Source: Klebsiella pneumoniae (GTDB taxonomy: Bacteria; Pseudomonadota; Gammaproteobacteria; Ga0077536). Taken from it: 64,000 bases of DNA. The notes beneath the pieces are model-generated. The model did not search any database and was not told the DNA's origin. It was given only the letters and a program-made list of their open reading frames with translations. A program made the translations under genes and the position numbers. Below are positions 18,866-28,661 of this stretch, one piece after another (position 1 is the stretch's first letter; the number at the start of each line of letters is the position of its first letter). The stretch lies in the NCBI GenBank assembly GCA_945876945.1, contig CAMCQE010000003.1:5446-69445 (forward strand), read 5' to 3'.

Positions 18866-21010
18866 TCAACCCGGGTGAGGGGTGGCCTGCTCGATCATCG
18901 CCGCTGGATAGCCAACGATGGCGCCGATAATGAGGTCGAAGGGAATCCCGAGTGCCCAGGCGGCGGTGGCCGTTGGCAGGCAGTCGGCGGCGTTGACGCA
19001 GGGCGCCAAGAGATGACGGTGCGTGGTCTCACCGTGCGCGAACACCAGCGCATCGCCGTCCAGATAAACCGCCCGGCCACCTGTGGCCAGCGCCTGCTGC
19101 AGGGATTCGGTCTGGCCTTCGCGGCTGTAGAGCATGACTTCGCCGTCGGCGTATTCCGCCATCGCGAGCACCAGCGGATCGTCGGCGTTCAGCACCGCGA
19201 CGCCGTCGCTCAGCACCACATCAACCTGCGTGCGGAGCACATGCGCCATTTGCTCCGCTTCGGTAATGCCGAAGCGCGCCAACGCCGGCGGGGTCGAAAT
19301 TGCGGTGACCACGCCCACCTGGCAGCGATCGTAGGGCAGGCCTTCGCGCAGCAGACTGACGGGTGAGGTTTCGAGCACCGCGGCGTTGATCGTGCGGTTA
19401 ATCAGCACGCGCTGACCGGCAGTCCAGTTGGCGCCGTCGCCGCGGCGAATGCAGCGCTGGCCGAGGAAAGTGCCGCTGCCGCAGGCCACGCCCACGGACT
19501 GGCCATGGAGATGCAGCAGGAAACCGAGCATCGCGGCGATGCTGGTGGTGTCCGAGCAACCGGTAATCCCCACCACCGGAATCCGGCCGGTTTCCCCTTC
19601 CGGGAACAGATGCCGAACGACCGCGCTACCCACCGTGTTGCTGACATCGCCCGCTTGGCGCAGATGGGTTGGCAGTGAGGGGCCCGCGTTGACTTCGATA
19701 ATGGCGCCGCCCTGAGCGACCAGCGGTTGGCCGATATCTTTCGCGACGATATCAACGCCCGCGATGTCCAATCCCACGATGCGCACCGCCAGTCGCGCCA
19801 GATCGAGGGTGTCGGGATGAACGCTTGCGAGGACATCTTTGCCCACTTTCGCGGGGCACGGCAGGGTGACGGTCTGGTCAGCGGCGAGCACGCTATTGAA
19901 ATGAACGGCTTGTCGTTTCAGCGCCAGTTTGACCGTGGGATGGTCGATCAGCGCGTCGGCCACCCACAGGTCGGCGTGGGTGCCGTCGAGTTCATGCGCC
20001 ACCAGCGTGCGGAGCGTGTCGCGTCCGTTGCCTTTCACCGTGAACTGGATGGCGCCGGTGGCCGCCACGACTTCATTGTTGACCACCAGCAGGCGGTATT
20101 CGTCGCCTTCAATAAAGCGCTCGACGATCACCGCATTCTGAATGGTCTGCGCGAGCCGGAAGGCTTCGGCGACTTCATCGTAGGTTTCAAGCGCTAGAGA
20201 CACGGCGACGCCGCGGCTGCCTTCGGCGGGTTTGATGACGACCGGTAGCCCCAGATCTTCAGCCGCTTCCCAGGTGGTATCCACCTTGCGAACGATGCGA
20301 CCTTCCGGCACGGGAATGCCGTAGCGCACCAGCAGTTCCTTGGCCAGATCCTTGTCCTGGGCAATGCTCTCGGCAATCGCCGAGGTGCGGTCGGTTTCGG
20401 CAGTCCAGATCCGGCGCTGGCGGACACCCAGACCAAACAGCACCAGATTGCCGTGCTCCAGAGGCGCAATCGGGATGCGAGCCGCGCGGGCGGCTTCCAC
20501 GATGCTGGCCGTGCTGGGGCCGAGACATTTACGGTCGGCGAGTTCGCGGAGTTCGGAGAGGGCGCCTTGCAGGTCGAAGGGCTCGTCGTGAATGGCGGCC
20601 AGAATGAGTTCGCGGGCCTTGAGCAGGCAGGCGCGGGTGAGGTCTTCCTGCGCGATGCGCACCACCACGTGGTAGACGCCGGTGGTGGCGGTGCTCCGCG
20701 CACGCCCGAAGCCGACCGGGTGGCCGATGCGGGTCTGAATCTCAAGCGTCACATGCTCGAGGATGTGCCCGGTCCAGGTCCCTTCTTCCAGCCGCTTAAC
20801 GAAGCCACCGGGCGCTTCGTAACTGCACTCGTGGGCCCGAAGGCCCGGCAGCCAGGCCACCAGACGATCGACAAAGCCCGGCAGGGTATTGGACGGATAT
20901 TCTTCGAGGTCACCAATATCGACCAGCGCTTCAATGGCCGGCTTGTATGACCAGCGATTCGGGCCGCGTAGCACCGTGATATCGAGAATTCGGATGTCGT
21001 GGCGACTCAT
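18866..21010 (-). CDS. Cyanophycin synthetase paralogue (cphA'-type; degenerate M-domain P-loop, truncated C-terminus)
   Basis: Colinear with CphA through the N and ATP-grasp domains (VLRGPNRW, VVIKPAEGSRGVAV). It has ITGCSDTTS (19541-19567) in place of GTNGKTT and ends about 145 aa early, without a DYGHNP region. Started at the ATG at 21010 (MSRHDIRILD). Confidence 0.8.
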   Translation of the reverse strand: MSRHDIRILDITVLRGPNRWSYKPAIEALVDIGDLEEYPSNTLPGFVDRLVAWLPGLRAHECSYEAPGGFVKRLEEGTWTGHILEHVTLEIQTRIGHPVGFGRARSTATTGVYHVVVRIAQEDLTRACLLKARELILAAIHDEPFDLQGALSELRELADRKCLGPSTASIVEAARAARIPIAPLEHGNLVLFGLGVRQRRIWTAETDRTSAIAESIAQDKDLAKELLVRYGIPVPEGRIVRKVDTTWEAAEDLGLPVVIKPAEGSRGVAVSLALETYDEVAEAFRLAQTIQNAVIVERFIEGDEYRLLVVNNEVVAATGAIQFTVKGNGRDTLRTLVAHELDGTHADLWVADALIDHPTVKLALKRQAVHFNSVLAADQTVTLPCPAKVGKDVLASVHPDTLDLARLAVRIVGLDIAGVDIVAKDIGQPLVAQGGAIIEVNAGPSLPTHLRQAGDVSNTVGSAVVRHLFPEGETGRIPVVGITGCSDTTSIAAMLGFLLHLHGQSVGVACGSGTFLGQRCIRRGDGANWTAGQRVLINRTINAAVLETSPVSLLREGLPYDRCQVGVVTAISTPPALARFGITEAEQMAHVLRTQVDVVLSDGVAVLNADDPLVLAMAEYADGEVMLYSREGQTESLQQALATGGRAVYLDGDALVFAHGETTHRHLLAPCVNAADCLPTATAAWALGIPFDLIIGAIVGYPAAMIEQATPHPG

Positions 21011-21072
21011 CGCGGGGCTGCTTTCCTGAAATAAATGGACCGCTGAGGGGCTCTCACGCGATAAGATGGGCA

Positions 21073-23307
21073 ATGGCTGAAAATAAGCATGCTGTCTCAT
21101 TGAGTTTGTTGCCCGCTGTTTGGCGTACCCGGATTGAAGCCCTGTTGCGGCCTGAAGAATCCGTGCGCGCCTGCTTCGAAACCGACCTCACCCCAGACCT
21201 CCGCTACGCAGACGGACTGGCCGTGCTAACCACTATCCGCATCCTTCATTTAACGCAGGATGAACAGACTCGGGAGTGGGGCTTGGTTGACGCGCTGATG
21301 CTGCGCCAGACGGACTACGCGGGCGTCGGTCAGTTAGACATTGTTCTGGGCGAAAAGCGCCTTGATTTGTTGCGCTTTACGCTGGCTCGCGCGGTCGCTG
21401 CCACGCATTTCGTGTCCGAACTCACCCGACTCCGTGCCGACGGTGCTGAGGAACCTGAACCCGTAGCGTTGTGCCCCGAGTGCCATAGCCCGCTCGATCC
21501 CGCCTCTGGCCTGTGCGCGGTATGTGCCCGCGAACTTGCCGCTCCCCCTTCGTCCCGAACACTGCTCAGACTCTGGCGCTTTGCGCGGCCCTACCGTCTG
21601 CAACTGTTCGGTGGTTTCTTTTTTATGTTGATGGCGACGTTCGCCACGCTGGTGCCGCCCTATCTGACCATGCCCTTGATGGACGAGGTGCTGATTCCTT
21701 TTCAGAACGGGACGCCCATCGACGTCAACAAAGTGATTCTATATCTGGGCGGACTGCTTTGCGCAGCATTGCTGGCCTGGGTTTTGGGGTGGGCCAAGAC
21801 TTTCTTGTTGGCCCTGGTGTCTGAGCGCATTGGGTCGGACCTGCGCACCACGACCTTCAATCATCTGCTCGGCCTGTCGCTCGAATACTTCGGCGGCAAG
21901 CGCACGGGCGACCTGATCAGCCGACTGGGTTCAGAATCCGACCGCATCTGTCTGTTCCTGTCCCTGCATGCGCTGGAGTTCCTGACCGACGTGCTGGTCA
22001 TCATCATGACCGCGGTAATTCTGTTCACGATTAACCCCTGGCTCGCGCTGGCCACGCTTCTGCCCTTGCCCATCATCGGCTGGATGATTCATGTGGTCCG
22101 CGACCGGCTACGCACGGGTTTCGACAAGCTCATGCGGGTGTGGTCCGAAGTGACCAATGTGTTGTCGGACACCATCCCCGGCATTCGGGTGGTCAAGGCC
22201 TTCGCGCAGGAAGACCGTGAGAGCAAGCGGTTTCTGGCGGCCAACCAGTACAACCTCGCGCTCAACGATCGACTCAATAAACTCTGGGGCCTGTTCTCGC
22301 CCACGGTGACCTTGCTGACGGAAGTTGGCCTGCTGGTGGTGTGGGCCTTTGGCATCTCCCAGATTGCCCGCCACGAGATTACGGTAGGGGTGCTTACGGC
22401 CTTTCTGGCCTACATCGGGCGCTTCTATACCCGCCTTGATTCCATGAGCCGCATCGTGGCGCATACCCAGAAAGCCGCCGCCGCCGCCAAACGCATCTTC
22501 GATGTGCTGGACCATGTCTCTTCCGTGCCGGAACCCCGCAACCCGGTTAGCCTGCCGGCGGTCACCGGTCGCATCTCGTTAAAGAACGTCGGCTTTCGGT
22601 ATGGCAACCGGCAGGTGCTGCGCGACGTGAGTCTGGAAATCGCCCCCGGCGAAATGATTGGTCTGGTGGGACAGAGCGGCTCGGGCAAGAGCACGATGGT
22701 GAATCTGATGTGCCGCTTCTACGACGTGGCCGAGGGCGAAATCCAGCTCGAGGGCGTGGATATTCGTAACCTCGAATTGCGCGCGTTCCGTCAGCACATC
22801 GGTTTGGTGCTGCAGGAGCCTTTCCTGTTTTTCGGGACCGTGGCCGACAACATCGCCTACGGCAAACCGGGCGCGACCCGCGATGAAATTGTCGCGGCCG
22901 CGCGGGCGGCACATGCCCACGATTTCATCCTGCGTTTGCCTCACGCCTACGATTCCATCGTGGGTGAGCGGGGGCAGGGGCTGTCCGGCGGCGAACGGCA
23001 GCGCATCTCGATTGCCCGCGCGCTGCTGATCGACCCGCGCATTCTCATCCTTGATGAGGCGACTTCCTCGGTGGATACGGAAACCGAAAAGGAAATCCAG
23101 AAGGCGCTGGAAAATCTGGTGCGAGGGCGCACCACCATCGCCGTTGCCCACCGGCTCTCTACCCTGCGTAAGGCCGATCGGCTGGTGGTGCTGGAGCGCG
23201 GGCGGGTGGTGGAGGTTGGCAACCACGACGCCTTGATTGAGAAGGACGGCGTCTACGCGCGGCTTTACGAAGCGCAGACGCGTCAGCAGGCGGAGGCCGA
23301 AGCATGA
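21073..23307 (+). CDS. ABC exporter (fused TMD-NBD) with N-terminal Zn-ribbon-containing extension; cyanophycin-locus associated
   Basis: Walker A GQSGSGKST, signature LSGGERQRISIARA, Walker B ILILDEATSSVD, and six TM helices. The ~160-aa N-terminal extension carries CPEC-X10-CAVC. Confidence 0.85.
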   Translation: MAENKHAVSLSLLPAVWRTRIEALLRPEESVRACFETDLTPDLRYADGLAVLTTIRILHLTQDEQTREWGLVDALMLRQTDYAGVGQLDIVLGEKRLDLLRFTLARAVAATHFVSELTRLRADGAEEPEPVALCPECHSPLDPASGLCAVCARELAAPPSSRTLLRLWRFARPYRLQLFGGFFFMLMATFATLVPPYLTMPLMDEVLIPFQNGTPIDVNKVILYLGGLLCAALLAWVLGWAKTFLLALVSERIGSDLRTTTFNHLLGLSLEYFGGKRTGDLISRLGSESDRICLFLSLHALEFLTDVLVIIMTAVILFTINPWLALATLLPLPIIGWMIHVVRDRLRTGFDKLMRVWSEVTNVLSDTIPGIRVVKAFAQEDRESKRFLAANQYNLALNDRLNKLWGLFSPTVTLLTEVGLLVVWAFGISQIARHEITVGVLTAFLAYIGRFYTRLDSMSRIVAHTQKAAAAAKRIFDVLDHVSSVPEPRNPVSLPAVTGRISLKNVGFRYGNRQVLRDVSLEIAPGEMIGLVGQSGSGKSTMVNLMCRFYDVAEGEIQLEGVDIRNLELRAFRQHIGLVLQEPFLFFGTVADNIAYGKPGATRDEIVAAARAAHAHDFILRLPHAYDSIVGERGQGLSGGERQRISIARALLIDPRILILDEATSSVDTETEKEIQKALENLVRGRTTIAVAHRLSTLRKADRLVVLERGRVVEVGNHDALIEKDGVYARLYEAQTRQQAEAEA

Positions 23308-23771
23308 CCGCAGCATTCAAACTCGAACGTACCGCCCGCGGTCGCCTCGTGTTGACGCTGGCCGATGGCACGACACACGAAGGGGTGCAGCCGGTGCGGG
23401 CTTTCCCGCTCAGCGCCCCCACCGAGTTCCTTGCGCTGGTATCAACGCTGGGGCGCGAACTGCTGGCCATTGACCATCTCGACGATGTGCCCGAACCCGC
23501 GCGCAGCCTGATACTTGAAGAACTCGCCCCGCGCGAGTTCATGCCGCGGATTCTCGCCATTGAGTCGGTGTCGACCTTTGCCACGCCCAGCGTGTGGGAA
23601 GTGCGGACCGACCGCGGCAAGACCAGCATGACGCTCAAAGCCGAAGAAGATATTCGCCGAATCGACCGTGGCCGGCTGCTCATTAACGACAGCCACGGCC
23701 TGCAGTTGATGATTGACGACCCGGCCGCGCTAGATGCGCGCAGCCGGCGTTTTCTGGAACGATTCCTCTAA
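23304..23771 (+). CDS. DUF1854-type small protein coupled to the ABC exporter
   Basis: 155 aa, with a 4-nt ATGA overlap with the ABC gene. The size and position match the small partner that, as I recall, protein-family annotation describes as cyanophycin-metabolism-associated. This was not verified by search. Confidence 0.65.
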   Translation: MTAAFKLERTARGRLVLTLADGTTHEGVQPVRAFPLSAPTEFLALVSTLGRELLAIDHLDDVPEPARSLILEELAPREFMPRILAIESVSTFATPSVWEVRTDRGKTSMTLKAEEDIRRIDRGRLLINDSHGLQLMIDDPAALDARSRRFLERFL

Positions 23772-23782
23772 GGCCGCCGCGC

Positions 23783-24655
23783 TTACAGGGCGCGGGCACG
23801 TTCCACAATATTGGCCACACGCTCCATCAACGGGGCGGCGCCGTCGGCCAGTTCGTGGGTCTGCTGCGAATAGAACATCACCAGTCGGTGAGCGCCGGCG
23901 TCGCGGAAGGCTTTCAAGGCCGCGTCGGATAGCGTGCCGTTTTCCGGATCCACAAACGGACTCAGGATGAGCTTTGACGGATCTCGCCCTTCGCTGCGGA
24001 ACATCTCCTTAAGCTCGGCGGCTTCGCGCGCAAACTCCACCGGGTCGTTCGCCAGCGGGCACCAGCCGTCGTAGTTTTTGGCGATTCGCTGCAGGGATTT
24101 CTCGCCGTGCCCGCCGAGCAACACCGGCGGCCCGCCCGCCTGCACCGGCTTCGGTTCGCTGCGCACCGGCGGGAAATTGATGTGCTTGCCCTGATAGCTC
24201 GCGTTCTCCTCGGTCCACAGCACGCGCATGGCTTCGGTCATTTCGCGCGTCCGCTGCCAGCGGCTACCAAAATTGGCGCCCATGATTTCCGTTTCTTCTT
24301 TGAGCCAGCCGGCGCCGATCCCCAAAATCACGCGCCCGCCAGAGTAGTAGTCGAGGCTCGCGATGACTTTGGCGGTCACCATGGGTTCGCGTTCAGGCAA
24401 CAGGCAAATGCCGGTGGCGAGTTTAATGCGGGTGGTGGCGGCAGCGGCGACGGTGAGCGCGACGAAGGGGTCGCTCCAGCGGCCATAGTGCTCCGGCAGC
24501 GGGCCGCCAAACGGGTAAGGCGTGTGTTCGCCGCGCGGGATAATCGGGTGCTCGGGGATCCAGAAAGAATCAAAGCCAATCTCTTCGGCGCGGCGGGCAA
24601 TCGCGGCCAGATCGCCGGACTGGGTGGTGGCGATCATCAAAAATCCGATATCCAT
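23783..24655 (-). CDS. LLM-class (F420/flavin-dependent luciferase-like) oxidoreductase
   Basis: 290 aa; AEEIGFDSFWIPEHP and GIGAGWLKEE motifs typical of the family. Confidence 0.8.
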   Translation of the reverse strand: MDIGFLMIATTQSGDLAAIARRAEEIGFDSFWIPEHPIIPRGEHTPYPFGGPLPEHYGRWSDPFVALTVAAAATTRIKLATGICLLPEREPMVTAKVIASLDYYSGGRVILGIGAGWLKEETEIMGANFGSRWQRTREMTEAMRVLWTEENASYQGKHINFPPVRSEPKPVQAGGPPVLLGGHGEKSLQRIAKNYDGWCPLANDPVEFAREAAELKEMFRSEGRDPSKLILSPFVDPENGTLSDAALKAFRDAGAHRLVMFYSQQTHELADGAAPLMERVANIVERARAL

Positions 24656-24781
24656 GGGCGTCTCCTTGAAGCGCGGTTTACGGGCCAGCAGTCTGGCACG
24701 CCGTATGTTTGGTTTTCATCCTCAGACCGTATGATGAAAGGGAAGCAACAATTCGGCTAATCGCCCACCCCGCTTGAGACC

Positions 24782-26749
24782 ATGACTGCAGGCCCCACAC
24801 CTCCTTCTTCCCGTGCGCCAGTAGATCCCGGTGCCATTCAGGCTTCGGCCGCGCGGCGTCTGCTGGAGCAAGGTCGCTTGCAGGAAGCGGCCACGCTGCT
24901 GGCTGAAGTCGCGCGCACAGGCCTGTCCTCGCCGGCCCTTCTGCATGCCGAAGGCGCCTTGGCGCTGGCCAACGGCGATCTCGCGCTGGCCGCAGCGCGT
25001 TTGCAGGCCTCGCTCGAAGGCTTCGATGCGAACAGCGAAGCGCATTACCAACTCGGTCGAGTGCTCAAAGAGTCCGGTCAGTTGCCGGCAGCCATGCAGC
25101 ATTACGACCGCGCCATCGCACTCGCGCCGGACTTCTGGCAGGCACATAGCAGCCGTGGCATCGTCGCGCGGACGCTGGGGCTTGCGAGTGAGGCGGTGAA
25201 ATGTCAGGAAAAAGTGCTGGCACTGCGCCCCAACGAGCCCAGCGCGCATCTCAACTTTGCTAACGCCTTGTTGATCGCCAACCAACCCGACCGGGCGTTG
25301 ACGGCTTACGAAGAGGTCTTGCGGCTGCGGCCCGGCGAAGCCAACGCTGAACGCGGGCGCGTGTTTGCTGAAGCCAAATCCTTGCTGTTCAAGCGCGAAT
25401 TTGCGGCCGCGCTGAGTGCACATCAGCAGGCGATCACGCTCGAATCCTACTCGCCCGCGGTGTTAATCGGGCTCGGCATTTGTCTGCTCCGCGATGGCCA
25501 GGCCGAAGCCGCAGAAGCGCGCTTCGCGCAGGCGCGCGCGCTGGGCGGGGTCGACGCGGCGCAGTGCTGGTCGCTGGGCCATCAGATGCTTCATTTCGGC
25601 CGTCAGTGTCGGGACGCTCGCTACTGGTATGAGCGGGCGCTGATGCAATGTAGCGCCGAGCCGCCGACCAGAATTTTGCGCGACTACGCGCTGGCGCTGA
25701 TTTATCTGGATGAAATGGCGCTCGCCGAGCGAGTGATCAATGACGTGCTGGCGCGCGATCCTGAAGATGCTCACGCGGGATTCTTCCTTGGCCTGATCCA
25801 ACTCTGGCGCGATGACTATCCGAGCGGGTTTCGACATTACGAGCATCGTTTCCTGGCCGTCCACGCCAGCGAGTTCCTGCCCGCCGGGCGTCCACTCACC
25901 GGCGCCAAACCCTGGGCGGGGGAAGATTTGGCCGGTCAACATTTCTTTTTATGGGCCGAGCAGGGCGCAGGAGACGCCCTGCAGTTCCTGCGCTATTTGC
26001 CAGTGCTGCGGGCGCGAGGCGCCCCGGCCAGACTGGACTTTGTGCTGCACGACGACCTGGTGGGCCTCGCGCGGGCCAGTTTTCCGGAGATGACGATTCT
26101 GGGTGGCTCCGACGACATCCTCGACGGGCAGCCGGATTACGAAACGCCCCTCATGAGCCTCCCGCATTTGCTTGGCACGCCGGAAGACACTCAGCCGGTC
26201 CCTATTCCCTACCTCCACGCCACGCCAGAACGCATCACGAGTTGGCGAGCCCGCCTCGGCCCTGCGGAGCGCTTGCGGGTAGGACTGGTGTGGGCGGGCA
26301 ATCCCGACCATTTCCGGGATCCGCAGCGCTCTCTGCCGCTCGGTCTGATGGCCGGTTTGAACGACCCCCGAGTCGAATTCATCGCCTTGCAGAAAGGGCC
26401 GGCTGAAGCGCAGATGGAGTCGCTACCGGATTTTCCAATCCGCCGGATTGCGCAGGATTTTGGCGACTTCCACGACACCGCCGCGGCAGTCACCTTGCTC
26501 GATCTCGTGATTACCGTAGACACCTCGATCGCGCACCTTGCCGGCGGGCTCGGGGTGCCGGTGTGGATTCTGCTCTCGCAGCTGGGCGAGTGGCGGTGGG
26601 GCCGCGATCGCGAGCACTGCCGCTGGTATCCCTCGGCGCGCCTGTTCCGGCAAACCGAGGAAGACCAGTGGGCGCCGGTGCTAGCGCGCGTGCGCGAAGC
26701 CTTGCAGGCCTTACTGGCGAGCCGCGAAGCCTCAATCGTTGATGGCTGA
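24782..26749 (+). CDS. TPR-repeat protein fused to GT9-like (heptosyltransferase-fold) glycosyltransferase domain, paralogue 1
   Basis: N-terminal TPR-like repeats (AHYQLGRVLK.., YDRAIALAPDFWQAHSSRG). The C-terminal region has VGLVWAGNP.., DFHDTAAAVTLLDLVITVDTSIAHLAGGLGVPVWILL, resembling the GT9 donor-binding motif (NDSGxMHLAAALGxP). Confidence 0.7.
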   Translation: MTAGPTPPSSRAPVDPGAIQASAARRLLEQGRLQEAATLLAEVARTGLSSPALLHAEGALALANGDLALAAARLQASLEGFDANSEAHYQLGRVLKESGQLPAAMQHYDRAIALAPDFWQAHSSRGIVARTLGLASEAVKCQEKVLALRPNEPSAHLNFANALLIANQPDRALTAYEEVLRLRPGEANAERGRVFAEAKSLLFKREFAAALSAHQQAITLESYSPAVLIGLGICLLRDGQAEAAEARFAQARALGGVDAAQCWSLGHQMLHFGRQCRDARYWYERALMQCSAEPPTRILRDYALALIYLDEMALAERVINDVLARDPEDAHAGFFLGLIQLWRDDYPSGFRHYEHRFLAVHASEFLPAGRPLTGAKPWAGEDLAGQHFFLWAEQGAGDALQFLRYLPVLRARGAPARLDFVLHDDLVGLARASFPEMTILGGSDDILDGQPDYETPLMSLPHLLGTPEDTQPVPIPYLHATPERITSWRARLGPAERLRVGLVWAGNPDHFRDPQRSLPLGLMAGLNDPRVEFIALQKGPAEAQMESLPDFPIRRIAQDFGDFHDTAAAVTLLDLVITVDTSIAHLAGGLGVPVWILLSQLGEWRWGRDREHCRWYPSARLFRQTEEDQWAPVLARVREALQALLASREASIVDG

Positions 26750-28661
26750 CGCCGAGTACGCCGCCGCGCGGGCGCTGTTCGACAGCGGGCAGATACTCGC
26801 TACCGCCCAGAGGGTCGCTCGCTGGCAAGCCGATTCAGCGATGACGGCGTCGCGCTGGCATCTGGCCGGTATGGTCGCCATGGCCAGCGGCGATCTGCCT
26901 GTCGCAGAGCAGGCCCTGCGCGCTGCGTTGCTGGCGGCACCTGACAACGTTGAGGCGCACTATCAAATGGGCCGCCTGTTGAAAGACCTTGGCCGTGTGG
27001 CCGAGGCCATCGATTCCTATGACCGGGCTTTGGCTTATGTGCCCGATTACTGGCCGGCGCACAGCAGTCGGGGCACCGCCTGCCGCCTGCTGGGGCGCTA
27101 TCACGAGGCCCTCGCTTCGCAACGCACCCTCAGCAAGCTGCGGCCGACCGATCCGGCGGCCTGCTTGAATCTGGCGAACGCGCTGTTCAACGTGGGCCAA
27201 GCCGTCGCGGCCGCCGAGGCCTACGCTCGCACCCTGGCCCTGCGCCCGGGCGATCCGTCGGCCAGTCTTGGCCTCGCGCAGACCCGAGCTCGCGCGCTGC
27301 TGGAGGCCGAGGACTGGGAGGCCCTGCTGGCTCACGTTGCACAGACACCGGCGGCGCTGGACGTGCCGCCCTATTTGAGTCTGGCCGCCGCTCTCGCGCG
27401 CTACCGGCTTGGCCAACGGGACGCGGCGACCGAGCGGTTTCGCGAAGCGCTGACGCGCGCGCCCAGCGATCCCCACCAGTGTTGGGCGCTGGGCGATTTG
27501 TTGGCACGAACCGGCCGCTGCTGGGACGAAGCGATCCCCTGGTACGAGCGCGCCATTGTGCTCAGCGGCGCTGAGGCCACGGTCGAGTTCCATAATTCGT
27601 TGGTGGCTGCGCGCTATTTCAGCGGCGATTTGCCGGGCGCCGAAGACGCTTGCGAGCGGGCGTTGGCAATCAATCCCGAGGCGCCTGAGGTGCACTTCAA
27701 CCGCGGTGTGATTCTGCTGTGGCAGGACCGTTATGCCGAAGGCTTTGCGGCCTACGAGCGCCGCTTCGAGGCCATGCGATCACCCACCCTCCCCGACTCG
27801 CCGATCGGTCGCCCGCCGCTTGGGGTGCAAGCCTGGCAGGGTGAGGACTTGCAGGGGAAAACGCTGGTGCTGTGGCCGGAGCAGGGCATTGGCGACGCTT
27901 TGCAGTTTCTGCGCTACCTGCCGGTGCTCTGCACCCGCACGGCACCGGCCAATTTAAAAGTAGCGGTGCCGCTTTCCCTCCAGACGCTGGTACAGGCTAG
28001 TTTTCCCGGCCTGAACGTGGTGAATGTGGAGACGCTGGCGCAGGCCGGCGGGCCCGTCGCGGATTTCGACGCGCCGTTGATGAGTCTGCCTCATCTTCTG
28101 GGCACACCTGAGGACACCCAGCGCAGCGCTGTGCCGTATCTCACGCCTTCGCCCGCGCAGCTTGCGCGCTGGCAAGCGCGGCTTGGCGCCCGCCAGCGTT
28201 TGCGGGTGGGACTGGTGTGGGCGGGCAATCCGCAGCACCTGCGGGATTTCGAACGGTCGATTCCGCTGCGCGTGCTGGCCACGCTGGCCAGTCCCCGGAT
28301 CGAATTCCACGCCTTGCAAAAAGGTCACGGCGAAGCGCAGCTGGATGAGCTGCCCGACTTCGCGCTCCAGCGCACTGGCGCGGCCTGTGCGGATTTTCAC
28401 GACACCGCCGCGGCCTTAAGCCAACTCGATCTGCTCATTACGGTGGATACCTCGGTCGCGCATCTGGCCGGCGCGATGGGCGTGCCCACCTGGCTTTTGT
28501 TGCACGCCTATGGCGAATGGCGCTGGGGCGTGAGTCGGGCCGAGTGCCGCTGGTACCCGAGCGTCCGCTTTTTTCGGCAAACCGTGCCGGGCGAATGGGG
28601 TGAAGTAATCGAGCGCGTGCGGCACGCGCTGTTGGCGCACGCGGCGGGTAATGAGCGATGA
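26742..28661 (+). CDS. TPR + GT9-like glycosyltransferase, paralogue 2
   Basis: Colinear with paralogue 1 (AHYQMGRLLK, YDRALAYVPDYWPAHSSRG, VGLVWAGNPQHLRD, ITVDTSVAHLAGAMGVPTWLLL). The ATG at 26742 overlaps the stop of paralogue 1 (ATGGCTGA). Confidence 0.7.
   Translation: MADAEYAAARALFDSGQILATAQRVARWQADSAMTASRWHLAGMVAMASGDLPVAEQALRAALLAAPDNVEAHYQMGRLLKDLGRVAEAIDSYDRALAYVPDYWPAHSSRGTACRLLGRYHEALASQRTLSKLRPTDPAACLNLANALFNVGQAVAAAEAYARTLALRPGDPSASLGLAQTRARALLEAEDWEALLAHVAQTPAALDVPPYLSLAAALARYRLGQRDAATERFREALTRAPSDPHQCWALGDLLARTGRCWDEAIPWYERAIVLSGAEATVEFHNSLVAARYFSGDLPGAEDACERALAINPEAPEVHFNRGVILLWQDRYAEGFAAYERRFEAMRSPTLPDSPIGRPPLGVQAWQGEDLQGKTLVLWPEQGIGDALQFLRYLPVLCTRTAPANLKVAVPLSLQTLVQASFPGLNVVNVETLAQAGGPVADFDAPLMSLPHLLGTPEDTQRSAVPYLTPSPAQLARWQARLGARQRLRVGLVWAGNPQHLRDFERSIPLRVLATLASPRIEFHALQKGHGEAQLDELPDFALQRTGAACADFHDTAAALSQLDLLITVDTSVAHLAGAMGVPTWLLLHAYGEWRWGVSRAECRWYPSVRFFRQTVPGEWGEVIERVRHALLAHAAGNER

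Noticed and set aside
24695-24712. Sigma-54-like TGGCAC element about 75 nt upstream of the first TPR-GT gene (TGGCACGCCGTATGT).
   Set aside because: The -12 element is ATGT rather than TTGC, so the GG-N10-GC rule fails, and no enhancer-binding protein gene is nearby. Other TGGCAC occurrences are inside coding regions with no -12 box.
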